Origin: an uncultured bacterium
Lineage (GTDB): Bacteria > Verrucomicrobiota > Verrucomicrobiia > Limisphaerales > UBA8199
NCBI GenBank assembly: GCA_963749495.1
Contig: CAVVMW010000021.1
Location: 512,001-576,000, forward strand
Length of the DNA stretch: 64,000 bases
Direction of reading: 5' to 3'
The translations under genes were made by a program, and so were the position numbers. The notes under the pieces were generated by a model. It worked only from the letters and a program-made list of their open reading frames with translations, was not told the DNA's origin and ran no database searches. Position 1 is the first letter of the stretch, and each line of letters opens with the position of its first letter. Shown piece by piece: positions 29,272 to 39,709 of this stretch.

Positions 29272-31194
29272 GTGCAGCGAGAGATACCCAGCGGGATTGC
29301 CCCGGCGTTTGCGGCGCGGAACAACCAGCCACGCGGCGGCGGCACGACCGCAGGCGCAGGGCCCGGCCAGGGCCCGCCCGAGCACGGCAGGGATGGCGTT
29401 GACCCGACGTTCGCCGCCAAGGCGCGCTCGACCTGGGAGGTGGCTCGGCGCGTGGGCCGGTATTTGCGGCCTTACAAGCTCCTGGCGGCGGGCACGATCG
29501 GCTGCGCCCTCTTCTCGATGGGCTTTGCGCTGGCCTATCCCAAGCTGGCGCAGTTCGTGATCGACAACGTGATTCGGGCCAAGCAGCCGGAGTTGCTGAC
29601 GCCGATGATGCTGGCGCTGCTGGGGGCGTTCCTGCTGCGGGACCTCTTCAACGGGTTGCGCATCCGCGTCAACAACACCTTCGAACAACATGTGATCTAC
29701 GACATGCGTCGGGACGTGTTTGCCCGGCTGCAGCGGCTGCCGGTGGGCTATTTCGATCAGCGCGCCTCCGGCAACCTGATGACGCGCGTGGTCGAGGACG
29801 TCAACTCGGTCGAGCGGGTTTTGATCGACGGCACCGAGCAGGGGAGCGTGGCGCTGCTGAGCATCGTCGGGGTCACGGCGATTTTATTGGCCACCAACCC
29901 CGGTCTGGCGCTGGTGGCGATGGTGCCGCTGCCGCTGCTGACGGCGGGGGCGCTGGGCTACACGCTGACCGCGCGGCGGCGCTATCGCGCCCAACGGGAG
30001 GCCTCCAGCGCCCTTAACGCCCTGCTCATGGACAACCTGCAAGGCGTCCGCCAGATCAAGACCTTCGGACGCGAGGCGCACGAAGACGAGCGATTTGCCC
30101 GGCGGGCGGACGATCTGCGGCGGGGCACGCTCGGGATCATGCGGGTCTGGGCGGCCTACTCGCCCACGATGAGCTTTGCCGGGGCCGTGGGGATGGTGCT
30201 GGTGCTGTGGGCGGGCGGCCGGCAGGTGCTCCAGGACCGGATGACGCTGGGCCAACTGGTGGGATTTCTGTTCTACCTAGCCCTGTTCTACGAGCCGATC
30301 GCGCGGCTGCACGGCTTGAACCAGATGCTCCAGGCGGCGCGCGCGGCCGGAGAGCGGGTCTTCGACATCCTCGACGCGCCGGTGGAACGGGCCAACGGCG
30401 CGCCGCGCGGCGCGTTGCGCCAGCCGGTCCGCGGGGAGGTCGTGTACCAGAATGTGAGCTTCGGCTACCAGGCCGGCCGCGCGGCGTTGCGGGAGGTGTC
30501 GCTGCACGCGCGCCCGGGCCAGATGGTGGCCCTGGCCGGACCAACCGGGGCGGGCAAGTCCACCCTGGTGAACCTGCTCCCTGCGTTTTACGAGTTGAGT
30601 TCCGGCCGCATCCTCATCGATGGCCAGGACATCGCCGGGCTCTCGCTCGACTCGTTGCGCGCGCAGATCAGTGTCGTGAGCCAGGAGGCATTCCTCTTCA
30701 ACGGCACCCTCCGCGAGAACATCCTTTACGGACGGCTGGAGGCGAGCGAGTCGGAACTCCTCCAAGCCTCGAAAGTGGCCAATTGCCACGAGTTCATCAC
30801 CTGCCTGCCGCTTGGCTACGACTCGTGCGTCGGCGAGCGCGGCGTCAAGCTGAGCGTGGGCGAAAAACAACGGGTGAGCATCGCGCGCGCCCTGCTCAAG
30901 AACGCGCCGATCCTCATCCTCGATGAAGCGACCGCCAGCGTGGACACCGCGACGGAACGGCTCATCCAGGAGGCGCTCGAGCGGCTCATGGCCAATCGCA
31001 CCAGCTTCGTCATCGCTCACCGCCTGAGCACCATCCGCAAGGCGGACCAGATCCTCGTGCTGCGGCACGGGCGGATCGTCGAGCGCGGCACCCACGCTGG
31101 GCTGCTTGCGCAGGGCGGCCTCTATAGCCGCCTGGCGCGAATCCAGGGGACCCATTTGGCGGAGCAGGCACTCCAGTGGGAGGCGGGGGGGTAG
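29272..31194 (+). CDS. ABC exporter, fused permease/ATPase (MsbA-like)
   Basis: TM domain plus GPTGAGKST, LSVGEKQR, ILILDEATAS, IAHRLST. Start uncertain. Confidence 0.92.
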   Translation: MQREIPSGIAPAFAARNNQPRGGGTTAGAGPGQGPPEHGRDGVDPTFAAKARSTWEVARRVGRYLRPYKLLAAGTIGCALFSMGFALAYPKLAQFVIDNVIRAKQPELLTPMMLALLGAFLLRDLFNGLRIRVNNTFEQHVIYDMRRDVFARLQRLPVGYFDQRASGNLMTRVVEDVNSVERVLIDGTEQGSVALLSIVGVTAILLATNPGLALVAMVPLPLLTAGALGYTLTARRRYRAQREASSALNALLMDNLQGVRQIKTFGREAHEDERFARRADDLRRGTLGIMRVWAAYSPTMSFAGAVGMVLVLWAGGRQVLQDRMTLGQLVGFLFYLALFYEPIARLHGLNQMLQAARAAGERVFDILDAPVERANGAPRGALRQPVRGEVVYQNVSFGYQAGRAALREVSLHARPGQMVALAGPTGAGKSTLVNLLPAFYELSSGRILIDGQDIAGLSLDSLRAQISVVSQEAFLFNGTLRENILYGRLEASESELLQASKVANCHEFITCLPLGYDSCVGERGVKLSVGEKQRVSIARALLKNAPILILDEATASVDTATERLIQEALERLMANRTSFVIAHRLSTIRKADQILVLRHGRIVERGTHAGLLAQGGLYSRLARIQGTHLAEQALQWEAGG

Positions 31195-31395
31195 AGTCCA
31201 CAGTCCACAGTCCACAGTCCACAGTCTGGGCGGGTGCGATCAAAAGCACTGGGCATGCGCCTCGGGAGTTTTGTCCCGGAGGGACATCTGACAATAGCCC
31301 GGCGTTTCAACGCCGGGGAGGCCACAAGCGGGACCCTCGTCCCGAAGGGACGACTGAGAACACTCCTGGCTTTCGGCGGTCCCTTCGGGACGGAA
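31195..31395. repeat. (AGTCCAC)4 heptamer tract followed by a REP-like gtcccggagggac/gtcccgaagggac element
   Basis: Directly visible. Related palindromes occur at ~8403, ~28672, ~49360 and ~53045-53225. Confidence 0.7.
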
Positions 31396-31501
31396 CTGCT
31401 CCTTGGGGCCGCTCACCCTAAAGGCTGAACAGAGGCGGACGAGGACAGGAGCGCCATGAAATCCGCCTTGAATCCGGCACGACGGCCCGGTACAATAGCA
31501 G

Positions 31502-32077
31502 ATGATGAGCACGTTGCTTGAATTGCCGGCGGTTCGCGAGCGGGTGCGAGGCATCTCGGTCGAGGGCTATCACCGGCTGGGCGAACTGGGGATGCTTTCG
31601 GAAGATGTCGAGTTGTTGCGAGGAATCGTCGTTGCCAAAATGCCTAAATCGCCCCTGCACGAACTGGTCTTGGGAAAACTGATGCGGCTCCTGTTCACGC
31701 AAGTTCCGAATGGTATCGAAGTGCGGCGGGAGGGCCCTTTGACGCTGCGGGATTCTGAGCCGGAACCGGACATTTCGGTGGTGCAGGGCAAGCTGGACGA
31801 TTGGGCGCGAGCGCACCCCTCGACTGCGCGTCTGGTGGTGGAAGTAGCCGTGAGCAGCATGGTTTTGGATGAGAAGAAGGCCGAGATTTACGCGGAGGCC
31901 GGCATTCCGGAGTATTGGCTGATCCGTCCGGAGGAGCGCGCCATTGACGTGTATCGAGAGCCGGCGAGCACCGGTTACCATACCAAGACCACCCTCTCCG
32001 ACCAACAGACGCTCCGGTGTGTCAGCATTCCAGGCGTCGAGTTCCCGGTGCGGGAGATTTTGCCCGGCCAACGTTAG
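31502..32077 (+). CDS. Uma2 (DUF820) family endonuclease
   Basis: VELLRG, PEPDISVV, LVVEVAVSS, KAEIYAEAGIPEYWLI. Confidence 0.9.
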   Translation: MMSTLLELPAVRERVRGISVEGYHRLGELGMLSEDVELLRGIVVAKMPKSPLHELVLGKLMRLLFTQVPNGIEVRREGPLTLRDSEPEPDISVVQGKLDDWARAHPSTARLVVEVAVSSMVLDEKKAEIYAEAGIPEYWLIRPEERAIDVYREPASTGYHTKTTLSDQQTLRCVSIPGVEFPVREILPGQR

Positions 32078-32122
32078 AGGACTGACTGCTTTGACGATGT
32101 TAAATCTCCTCGGTGGCAGCGG

Positions 32123-33724
32123 ATGAAAGCAACCGATCGTTTCCTTCTCGTAGCAAGCGGGGCGTTTCTCTGCGGGGTGTTGGCGCTGCCGGGAGTCGCC
32201 CAGCCAGGCGCGGCGACACCAGACCTATGGGAGCTGGCCAAGGATCGGGGGCAGGTCCACCGGTTTTCCACCTTGTTCTGCGCGCAGGACGTGCGCGACT
32301 ACCTCTCGGGCGAAGAGGGTCTGCGCAACGCCATCCAGTGGTGCAGGCGGACCGGGGTGACCAAGGTCTATATCGAGAGCTTCCGCGATGGCTACCGGGC
32401 GAGCCAGGCAGCGCTCCAGAACGCCAAGCAGCGCTTCCAATCCGAGGGGTTTGAGGTCTCCGGCTGCGTCACGACCACGCAGGTCGGCAAGCCGTCCACA
32501 GGCTGGGGTGGCGTCACGTCATGCTACACCGACCCGGCCACGCAGACGAACGCGCAGGCCATCTTCGAGTACGCCGCGGGCCTGTTCGACGAGATCATGA
32601 TCGATGATTTTTGGTTTGCCGCTTGCACCTGCCCGGAGTGCGAGCGGGCGCGCCAGGCCAAAACGGTGAACATCGGCGGGCGCTCCTACCCGGTGAGCGG
32701 CGACCGGCCGGAGGACTATCGTTGCGAGCTCATGGTGCGCATGTCCCGCGATTGCGTCCTCGGTCCGGCCAAACGGGTCAATCCCAAGGCCCGTCTCATC
32801 ATCAAATACCCGCAGTGGTACGACACCTTCCACGAACGCGGTTATGAGGTGGTGCGCGAGACGGCCGATTTCGACCGGATCTGGGTTGGCACCGAGACGC
32901 GGGACTACAACGACCGGCGCTGGGGCGGGACCGTGCAATACGAGGGCTATTTCATCATGCGCTGGCTGGGCGGCATCGGCGGCGCCAAGTGCGGCGGCGG
33001 CTGGTTCGATTCGCTCGGCACCACCGAGCACACCTACGTCGAGCAGGCCCGCCAGACCGTCCTGGGCGGCGCGGCCGAGTCGATGCTCTTCTCGTATGGC
33101 TCACTGAAACGCGGCCCGGGCCCCAATGACATCCTGGCCCTGCGCACCAACGTGCCGGAGCTGCTTGCCGTCGCCGAGCAAGTCCGCAAACGCCCGATCA
33201 TTGGCGTGGCCGCTTACAAACCCCCCAACAGCCATCCGCAAGATGAACCTCGGGTCTTCGATTTCGCCGGCATGTTGGGCCTGCCGCTGGTCCCCTGCCA
33301 CGAGTTTCCGGCCAATGCCCCTGCTGCCTTCTTCTCGATCCATGCGCTCAAGGATGGGCAGTTTGCCGGCAAATTGGACGCCTTCATCAAGACCGGCAAA
33401 CCGGTCCTGCTCACCGACGGCCTTGCCAAGGTGCTGGCCTCTCAAGGCCGGCCGGGGCTCGACGCGCCCAACGTTCGCATTCTCCAGGTCAAGCAGGACC
33501 CCAAGTCGCTGCTCCAACTTGGCCGGAAGGAATTGGACGAACTGCGCGCCCCGTTGCTGCGCCCGCTCAAGGTCACCTTCCGCGCCCCAAACAGGGTCGG
33601 GCTCTATTTATTCGAGGACGGGAGCTGGGTGGTCGAGAATTTCACCGACGAGGATGTTGGAGTGGAGTTGAATGGCAAGGCGCTCACGGTCGCGGCGCGG
33701 GGGTGGAGCTATCGGTGGAACTAG
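32123..33724 (+). CDS. Secreted hypothetical protein, probable glycoside-hydrolase-like TIM barrel
   Basis: Signal peptide; FDEIMIDDFWF.CTCPEC, NPKARLIIKYP, GGGWFD. Family uncertain. Confidence 0.7.
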   Translation: MKATDRFLLVASGAFLCGVLALPGVAQPGAATPDLWELAKDRGQVHRFSTLFCAQDVRDYLSGEEGLRNAIQWCRRTGVTKVYIESFRDGYRASQAALQNAKQRFQSEGFEVSGCVTTTQVGKPSTGWGGVTSCYTDPATQTNAQAIFEYAAGLFDEIMIDDFWFAACTCPECERARQAKTVNIGGRSYPVSGDRPEDYRCELMVRMSRDCVLGPAKRVNPKARLIIKYPQWYDTFHERGYEVVRETADFDRIWVGTETRDYNDRRWGGTVQYEGYFIMRWLGGIGGAKCGGGWFDSLGTTEHTYVEQARQTVLGGAAESMLFSYGSLKRGPGPNDILALRTNVPELLAVAEQVRKRPIIGVAAYKPPNSHPQDEPRVFDFAGMLGLPLVPCHEFPANAPAAFFSIHALKDGQFAGKLDAFIKTGKPVLLTDGLAKVLASQGRPGLDAPNVRILQVKQDPKSLLQLGRKELDELRAPLLRPLKVTFRAPNRVGLYLFEDGSWVVENFTDEDVGVELNGKALTVAARGWSYRWN

Positions 33725-33770
33725 GAAGCTTTTTCTTTCCTGGCATTGTTCACGGCGCTAATATGCGCGA

Positions 33771-35558
33771 ATGCTTCTTTCATTCAAGACCGTTTGCAGA
33801 ATCTCCGGCGCCCGGGCGGCGCTTCTCACGCTCGTCCTCGCAACCGGGCTCCAGACCCAGGCGGCCCTCAGGCTGGCCGACCAGGGCCAAGGCAACTACC
33901 TCATTGTCATTCCCGCCGCGGCCATCCCCTCCGAACGCTACGCCGCCGAAGAGTTGCAGCGTTACGTCGAGAAGATCAGCGGCGCCAAACTGCCCATCCT
34001 CACCGACGCCGCGCCTGAGACGGACCAGGAGATCGTGCTCGGCGACAATCCCAGGCTAGAGCAACTGCAACCCGCCCTGGATCTCAAAAAACTGGGCCCG
34101 GACGGCTTTGTGCTGCGCACCGACGGCCAGCGCCTCATCATCGCGGGCGGCAAACCCCGCGGCACGCTCTATGGGGTCTATGCGTTGCTCGAGGAAAAGC
34201 TGGGCGTCCGCTGGCTCACTCCGGATTGCGAAATCATGCCCCGGACCAACGGGCTGGAGTTAGCTCCCTGCAACGAAACCCAGGTCCCTTCGCTTGAATA
34301 CCGCGAGGTCTTTTGGAGCGAGATGCTCCACGACGCCGATTTTGCGGCGCGCCACCGGCTCAACGGCAACCATTATGGGTTGACCGACAAACACGGCGGC
34401 AAGTTCGCCGTCTATTTCCCATTCGTCCACAGCCTTGACCTGCTGGTCCCGCCGGACCTTTTCAAAGAGCATCCCGAGTACTTCCCGCTGATCAATGGCC
34501 GGCGCAAGAGCGGCTACGTCCAACGGTGTCTCTCGAACCCCGAGGTGCTCACGCTCGCCAAGGCCCGCGTGCGCCAATGGATCAAAGAGCACCCCGAGGC
34601 CACCATCATCAGCGTCTCGCAGAACGACACCGCCAATTGGTGCCGGTGCGAGGCCTGCAAGGCCCTCGACGACCCGGAAGGCAGCCCCGCCGCCTCGCTC
34701 CTGCGGTTCGTCAATGCCATCGCCCAGGACATCGAGGCCGACTTCCCCAACGTGCGCATCGACACCCTGGCCTACCAATACACCCGCAAACCGCCCAAGA
34801 CCCTCCGTCCCCGCCACAACGTCATCATCCGCCTCTGCTCCATCGAGTGCTGCTTCGCGCATCCGCTGGAAACCTGCCCTGCCGATGAAAACCGGCGGTT
34901 CCGCGACGACATCATCGCCTGGCAACCGGTCGCCCCTCTGCTCTATGTCTGGGATTACACGCCCAACTTCGCCAATTACCAGCAGCCGTTCCCGAACTTC
35001 GACGCCCTCCAGCCCAACGTCCGCTTCTTCGTGCATCACGGCGTTAAGGGCTTGTTCGAGCAGGGCAACTATTCGCCCGGCGGCGCCGGGGAAATGGAGC
35101 CGCTGCGGGCTTATCTGCTGGCCAAGCTGCTCTGGAACCCGGAGGCCGATGTGCAAAAACTCACCGACGAGTTTCTCGGGGCCTACTACGGCAACGCGGC
35201 GCCCAGCCTGCGCGCCTATCTCGACCTGCTCGAGGGCCAGGTTCGCGATGGCAAGGCCCACGCCCACATCTTTGACGGCCCCAAGGCCGCCTATCTGGGC
35301 GCAGGGTTCCTCGAGGCCGCCGCCAAGGTCCTCGATGAGGCCGAACAGAAGGCGGACAACGACACGGTGCGCGCTCGAGTGGAGGCCGCGCGGCTGCCTG
35401 TCTGGTACGTTCAACTGGCGGCCGGCCACGTCCAGGGCGAGGCCCGCGCCGCCCTCCTCAAACGGTTCCTCGACACTGCCCGCAAGGCCCGCGTCAGCCA
35501 CATCAGCGAGGGCCAGGCCCTGGAGGATTGGGCCGGGCAGCAGGAGGCCAAGAAGTGA
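33771..35558 (+). CDS. DUF4838-type glycoside-hydrolase-like protein
   Basis: AAEELQRY, GGKPRGTLYGVYALLEEKLGVRW, HPEYFPLING.R...CLSNPEV, SVSQND...CRC..C, TLAYQYT..PP, YLLAKLLWNP. Confidence 0.8.
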   Translation: MLLSFKTVCRISGARAALLTLVLATGLQTQAALRLADQGQGNYLIVIPAAAIPSERYAAEELQRYVEKISGAKLPILTDAAPETDQEIVLGDNPRLEQLQPALDLKKLGPDGFVLRTDGQRLIIAGGKPRGTLYGVYALLEEKLGVRWLTPDCEIMPRTNGLELAPCNETQVPSLEYREVFWSEMLHDADFAARHRLNGNHYGLTDKHGGKFAVYFPFVHSLDLLVPPDLFKEHPEYFPLINGRRKSGYVQRCLSNPEVLTLAKARVRQWIKEHPEATIISVSQNDTANWCRCEACKALDDPEGSPAASLLRFVNAIAQDIEADFPNVRIDTLAYQYTRKPPKTLRPRHNVIIRLCSIECCFAHPLETCPADENRRFRDDIIAWQPVAPLLYVWDYTPNFANYQQPFPNFDALQPNVRFFVHHGVKGLFEQGNYSPGGAGEMEPLRAYLLAKLLWNPEADVQKLTDEFLGAYYGNAAPSLRAYLDLLEGQVRDGKAHAHIFDGPKAAYLGAGFLEAAAKVLDEAEQKADNDTVRARVEAARLPVWYVQLAAGHVQGEARAALLKRFLDTARKARVSHISEGQALEDWAGQQEAKK

Positions 35559-36144
35559 GAGTTAAGAATTGAAAATTGACAATTGAGGATTTGTCATTGG
35601 TCATTGAATGCCGGGAGGGCACAAGTCAGTCGTTTGACGGGTGTTGAAGTTGGGTCGCGGGTTGCCCCCGCGCGGGAACCGCCGCGAAGCCCGCGAGGTT
35701 TTGGACTGCGCCAGTCCTCTGGCGCTTTCGCACAGCCAGGGGCCGAAAAAGCGCCAGAGGACTGGTGCTGTCCAAAACGCTTCAACACGCCACTCTGTGC
35801 GCCAAGATATTAGAGCGGCTGGCAAAATTAACCTGGTAGCTCCGATCCCAGAGGGCGCATCCGACAGTACCAGCCGGAGCGCGGACTTTAATCCGCTTAG
35901 ACCGCCCACGCACCACCCCACGCTTGATCTGGCTGAGGTGTTCAAAGTTCAAAGAAGCGGAAGGAGGACCGGCCTCGGCAAAGAACCGCGCCAGCCCGGC
36001 CGTCGGGCGCCACAAGCGGACTGAAGTCCGCGCTCCAATCCTCAGGCGTTCGGGCGTGGTGGTACTAACAAGCTGCGCCCCATCCCATCCCTTCCTCCCA
36101 ATTTCGCTTGCCAATTCCCGCGGAGCGATTGAGAATCCCGGCTT

Positions 36145-36297
36145 GTGGACCGTTTGGCTCGAATCCTGTTCCCGGGCAATCCGCGCATGGTGCGCTACCG
36201 AAAGATGCGCCTGCTCGTCTTTGCGATCTTCATGAGCCTCTTCGCCGCCGCGCTGGTCGGGGTCCTGTTCTACTTCGCCAACCGGCTCGGCCCATAG
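36145..36297 (+). CDS. Putative small single-TM protein (50 aa)
   Basis: Manual translation MDRLARILFPGNPRMVRYRKMRLLVFAIFMSLFAAALVGVLFYFANRLGP*: basic N-terminus plus hydrophobic helix. Below the ORF-track cutoff. Confidence 0.5.
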   Translation: MDRLARILFPGNPRMVRYRKMRLLVFAIFMSLFAAALVGVLFYFANRLGP

Positions 36298-36313
36298 ACC
36301 TGGGGAGCGGGGG

Positions 36314-36407
36314 ACCTTTGTCGGAGCCTTTGTCGCAGCCTTTGTCGAGACCTTTGTCGGATTGGCCATTTCTCGACAAAGGCCGCGACAAAGGCTGCGA
36401 CAAAGGT
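36314..36407. repeat. 12-bp tandem-armed hairpin (CCTTTGTCG family)
   Basis: Four forward and three reverse units, lying between convergent genes. Confidence 0.85.
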
Positions 36408-36472
36408 CTGGAATCAGGGCCTTTGAGACAGGCTGCACTTATGAACCGCGGTCCAAGCCCCGTGCGCCCGCG

Positions 36473-37504
36473 CTACGCCCCCATGCCGTCCTCGAACGAG
36501 CCTGCGGCCATCGGGAAACAGAGGTTGTCGCGAACGAACTGGATGCCGTTGGCGCTGGTGGCGTCGAGGTCGCGGTAGGCGCTCTCCGCCTCGACCACCA
36601 AGGGAGCGGTCTTGGCGCCCATGACCTGGCAGTAGCGTTGGGGATAGCCGGTGTGGATGAGCAGCTCGGCGTAGCGAACCATGTTCAGGTCACCCGAGGG
36701 GATGTCCACGAACTGCATCGCGCGCTTCTGCCAGCCCGGCTCCATCATTCGCAGGGGCAGGCCGGGGCGGACGACGTGGTTCTTCACGTGACAGGCATAG
36801 ATGCGCGGAGCGACCTTGAGGAAGCGCGTCTCGAAAGTCTCGCCTTCCCAGCAATGCGATGGGTCGGCATTGACGGCCAGGCACTTGTCGCCGTCGCAAA
36901 TCCGCACCAGCATGTTGAAATCGTCCGCGCACATGGCGGCGGTGCCGGGGTGGATCTCGTGGCAGAGATAGATGCCCAGTTTGTTGGCGTGGGCGCGGAG
37001 CTTGGCCGTCTTGTTGACGAACCGCTCCTGGCCCGCTTTAATCAGGTCGTAGTCGCCGCCCGCCCAAAAGCCCCACGGATAGCCGGTGGCCAGTTCCCAG
37101 CCAAAGGCCACGCCCCAGAACATGGGCACGATCTTCACCCCGAGCTCGGCGCATAGGTCCAGCAGGCGCAACGTGTAGTCCTCGGCCCAGGTCTCGATCT
37201 CCTGGACCGATTTCCTGGCCACGTCTGCCGGGATGAACGGCCGGACCGTCGGGCTGCCCGTCCAGGCCGTCGTCTGCACCCAGATCGGGCAATGGGCCGA
37301 CACGCCGTCCAGGCTCAGTTTGGCCTTGGCGAAGGCCTCCTTGATCTCCTTGGCCTTCTTGAGCCCCTTATCGCCCTGGAGCATGAAGTTGGACGGTTGC
37401 GCCCCGGTGGCGCCGCTCTTCCGGGCGTAGTCGAGGAATTGTGCAAGCGATTTGGCGCCGTGCTGCGCCCCTTCGATGCTGGCATGGAAACAATTGTCGG
37501 CCAT
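36473..37504 (-). CDS. Sugar phosphate isomerase/epimerase (xylose-isomerase-like TIM barrel)
   Basis: CHEIHPG, NADPSH, ACHVKN, VEAE metal ligands. Start at ATG 37504. Confidence 0.85.
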   Translation of the reverse strand: MADNCFHASIEGAQHGAKSLAQFLDYARKSGATGAQPSNFMLQGDKGLKKAKEIKEAFAKAKLSLDGVSAHCPIWVQTTAWTGSPTVRPFIPADVARKSVQEIETWAEDYTLRLLDLCAELGVKIVPMFWGVAFGWELATGYPWGFWAGGDYDLIKAGQERFVNKTAKLRAHANKLGIYLCHEIHPGTAAMCADDFNMLVRICDGDKCLAVNADPSHCWEGETFETRFLKVAPRIYACHVKNHVVRPGLPLRMMEPGWQKRAMQFVDIPSGDLNMVRYAELLIHTGYPQRYCQVMGAKTAPLVVEAESAYRDLDATSANGIQFVRDNLCFPMAAGSFEDGMGA

Positions 37505-37630
37505 AAGTCTTTCTCGGGTGTTGGAGGTTAATTTGTTTGTCGTCCGGCGAGAGCAATAACGGCGATCCGGACCCAAAGCAATCACTTTTTTTTAATGATT
37601 ATGCCGCTGGGCGTATCCCGACACCGTCGC

Positions 37631-37743
37631 CGGAGTGCGCCCGTCCTCGGGCGCAGCGACGTCCCCAGCCAGGGCCGCGCTCAAGTGCTCCGGTGCGCCA
37701 GCCCGCTTCGTCGCTGCTGCGCCCGGGGACGGGCGCACTCCGG
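37631..37743. repeat. REP-like long palindrome
   Basis: cggagtgcgcccgtcctcgggcgcagc ... gctgcgcccggggacgggcgcactccg. Confidence 0.75.
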
Positions 37744-37795
37744 GGGATGCCGGAAAGGGTTTTGCACAACCGGCGTTCCCTGCTACCTTTGAGGG

Positions 37796-38701
37796 ATGTT
37801 CAAGCCAGACCAGAATGTTTTGGCTGACTCGCGCCGCCCGCCGTCGAGGCAGCCGGTTGGCGGCAGCCGGGCCGGCTTGGACCACGCGGCAGCCGCCCCG
37901 CGCGGGGCTGCCAGGCTGCACGACAAACAGAGCGAACCGGACCACCGCGACTTGCGGATCGATAAGGTGGGGGTGCGGGGCCTGCGTTTCCCCATCCAGG
38001 TCCGCGACAAGGCCCGTTCCGTCCAGAACACCGTCGCCACCATCGGCATGTTCGTCGAGCTGCCCAAGGAATTCAAGGGCACCCACATGAGCCGGTTCGT
38101 CGAGGTCCTCAATGCCCACGGCAACGTGGTGCACGTGGAGAACCTCACGGAGATCCTTCACGCCATGCAGGCGAAGTTCCATGCCGGCACCTCGCACCTG
38201 GAAATCGAGTTTCCCTATTTCATGGTCAAACGCGCCCCGGTCTCCGGCCTGGAAAGCGTGATGGACTATACGGCGCGGTTCGATGCGACCGCGCGGGGCA
38301 AGGAGATTGACTTCGTGCTCACGGTCAAGGCCATGGTGACGACCCTCTGCCCCTGCTCCAAGGCCATCGCCGCCTACGGCGCCCACAACCAGCGCGGCGA
38401 GGTGACCGTCCAAATCCGCTCGCGCAAGGCGGTCTGGATCGAGGACCTCATCGGCATCATCGAGTCCTCGGCCAGTTCCGACCTCTACGCCCTGCTCAAA
38501 CGCCAGGACGAAAAGGCGGTCACCGAGCGCGCCTACGACAACCCCGTCTTCGTCGAGGACCTCGTCCGCAATGTGGCCCTCAAGCTCAAGGCCCACCCGG
38601 ATGTCACCTGGTTCAAGGTCGAGGCCGAAAACCATGAGAGCATCCACAACCACAACGCCTATGCCTGTATCGAGAAGGGATCGGACGGCCCTGCCGCATA
38701 A
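37796..38701 (+). CDS. folE2: GTP cyclohydrolase IB
   Basis: IDKVGV, KGTHMSRF, TTLCPCSK, AHNQR, LKRQDEK, NPVFVEDLVR, ESIHNHNAYA. Confidence 0.95.
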   Translation: MFKPDQNVLADSRRPPSRQPVGGSRAGLDHAAAAPRGAARLHDKQSEPDHRDLRIDKVGVRGLRFPIQVRDKARSVQNTVATIGMFVELPKEFKGTHMSRFVEVLNAHGNVVHVENLTEILHAMQAKFHAGTSHLEIEFPYFMVKRAPVSGLESVMDYTARFDATARGKEIDFVLTVKAMVTTLCPCSKAIAAYGAHNQRGEVTVQIRSRKAVWIEDLIGIIESSASSDLYALLKRQDEKAVTERAYDNPVFVEDLVRNVALKLKAHPDVTWFKVEAENHESIHNHNAYACIEKGSDGPAA

Positions 38702-38744
38702 ATGCGGCGTTCCGAATCCGAGGAACGCCGCATTTATGCGGCAG
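38691..38744. repeat. Perfect inverted repeat overlapping the folE2 stop (REP-like or terminator)
   Basis: ctgccgcataaatgcggcgttcc-N8-ggaacgccgcatttatgcggcag. Confidence 0.75.
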
Positions 38745-38912
38745 GAGCGCCGGGGCAAATCCGTCGTGCGCCCGAGGGGATCAGATTTTTGAAGATTCTA
38801 GTGGAAAATTTATTTCGCTTTGGTACATTCGCCCACTCTCGAAGGGGACGCCAGGCGTCCTGGCGAGACAGTGAACAGACATCAAGTCCGGCAAGTTGAA
38901 GCAGTTTACGTT

Positions 38913-39497
38913 GTGACAACGAAGAAGAAAGAAAGCGTGAAGAAGGCGGTTGCCTCCACCAAACGGCAGAGTTCGGCCACGTCGGCGGCCATCCTCGGCC
39001 GCCGCGTGGTCACCGTGAAAAAGAACGGGGACGTCAAGATCCGGAGCGAGTGGGTGAAGTTCTACAACCGGTTGCTGGAGTTGCGCGATCAACTGCTCCG
39101 GCAGATGAACGGCCTGGCCAAGGAATCCGCCCAGGAGATGGCCGGCTACAGCCTCCACATGGCCGACTCCGGCACGGACAATTTCGACCGCGACTTCGCT
39201 CTGAGTCTGCTCTCCTCGGACCAGGATGCCATTTACGAGATCGAGGAGGCCCTCAAGCGCATCGAGAAGAACACCTATGGCATCTGCGAGCTCACCGGCA
39301 AACCGATCCCCAGGACCCGCCTCGAGGCCATCCCCTGGACCCGCTTCACTGTCCAGGCCCAGGCCCAACTCGAACGCGACGGCGCCCTGCGCCAGCGCCG
39401 CCTCGGCGCCCTGGGCACCGTCGACGCCGTTGGCCTCACCGAAGTCGAAGGCGAGGAGCCGGAAGAACCCGAGGAGAAGCCCAAGGAAAAGGAGTAA
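38913..39497 (+). CDS. dksA: DksA/TraR family protein with degenerate zinc finger
   Basis: HMADSGTD coiled-coil tip, [42 protein letters not shown] (only one of four Cys). Start uncertain. Confidence 0.85.
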   Translation: MTTKKKESVKKAVASTKRQSSATSAAILGRRVVTVKKNGDVKIRSEWVKFYNRLLELRDQLLRQMNGLAKESAQEMAGYSLHMADSGTDNFDRDFALSLLSSDQDAIYEIEEALKRIEKNTYGICELTGKPIPRTRLEAIPWTRFTVQAQAQLERDGALRQRRLGALGTVDAVGLTEVEGEEPEEPEEKPKEKE

Positions 39498-39508
39498 CTG
39501 ATCCATTT

Positions 39509-39676
39509 ATGCCACGGGAAATCGTCACCATCGAATGCACCGAAGCGCGCAAAGAGGGCAAATCCCCTTCGCGCTACACGACCACGCGCAACAAGAAACT
39601 CAAGACCGAGAAGCTGGAGCTCAGGAAATACAATCCGGCCCTCCGCCGTCACACCGTTCACCGCGAGGTCAAATAG
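39509..39676 (+). CDS. rpmG: 50S ribosomal protein L33
   Basis: [12 protein letters not shown]...YTTTRNKK...[21 protein letters not shown]. Confidence 0.95.
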   Translation: MPREIVTIECTEARKEGKSPSRYTTTRNKKLKTEKLELRKYNPALRRHTVHREVK

Positions 39677-39709
39677 ACTCACACCAGGCAAAGCCATTAT
39701 CCCCATCCT

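Noticed and set aside
37590..37790. Riboswitch or ncRNA upstream of folE2
   Set aside because: The structure is a long REP-like palindrome with no aptamer consensus that I can recognise.
38800..38820. Zur/Fur box upstream of dksA
   Set aside because: It is only a weak imperfect dyad, too poor to list as a feature.
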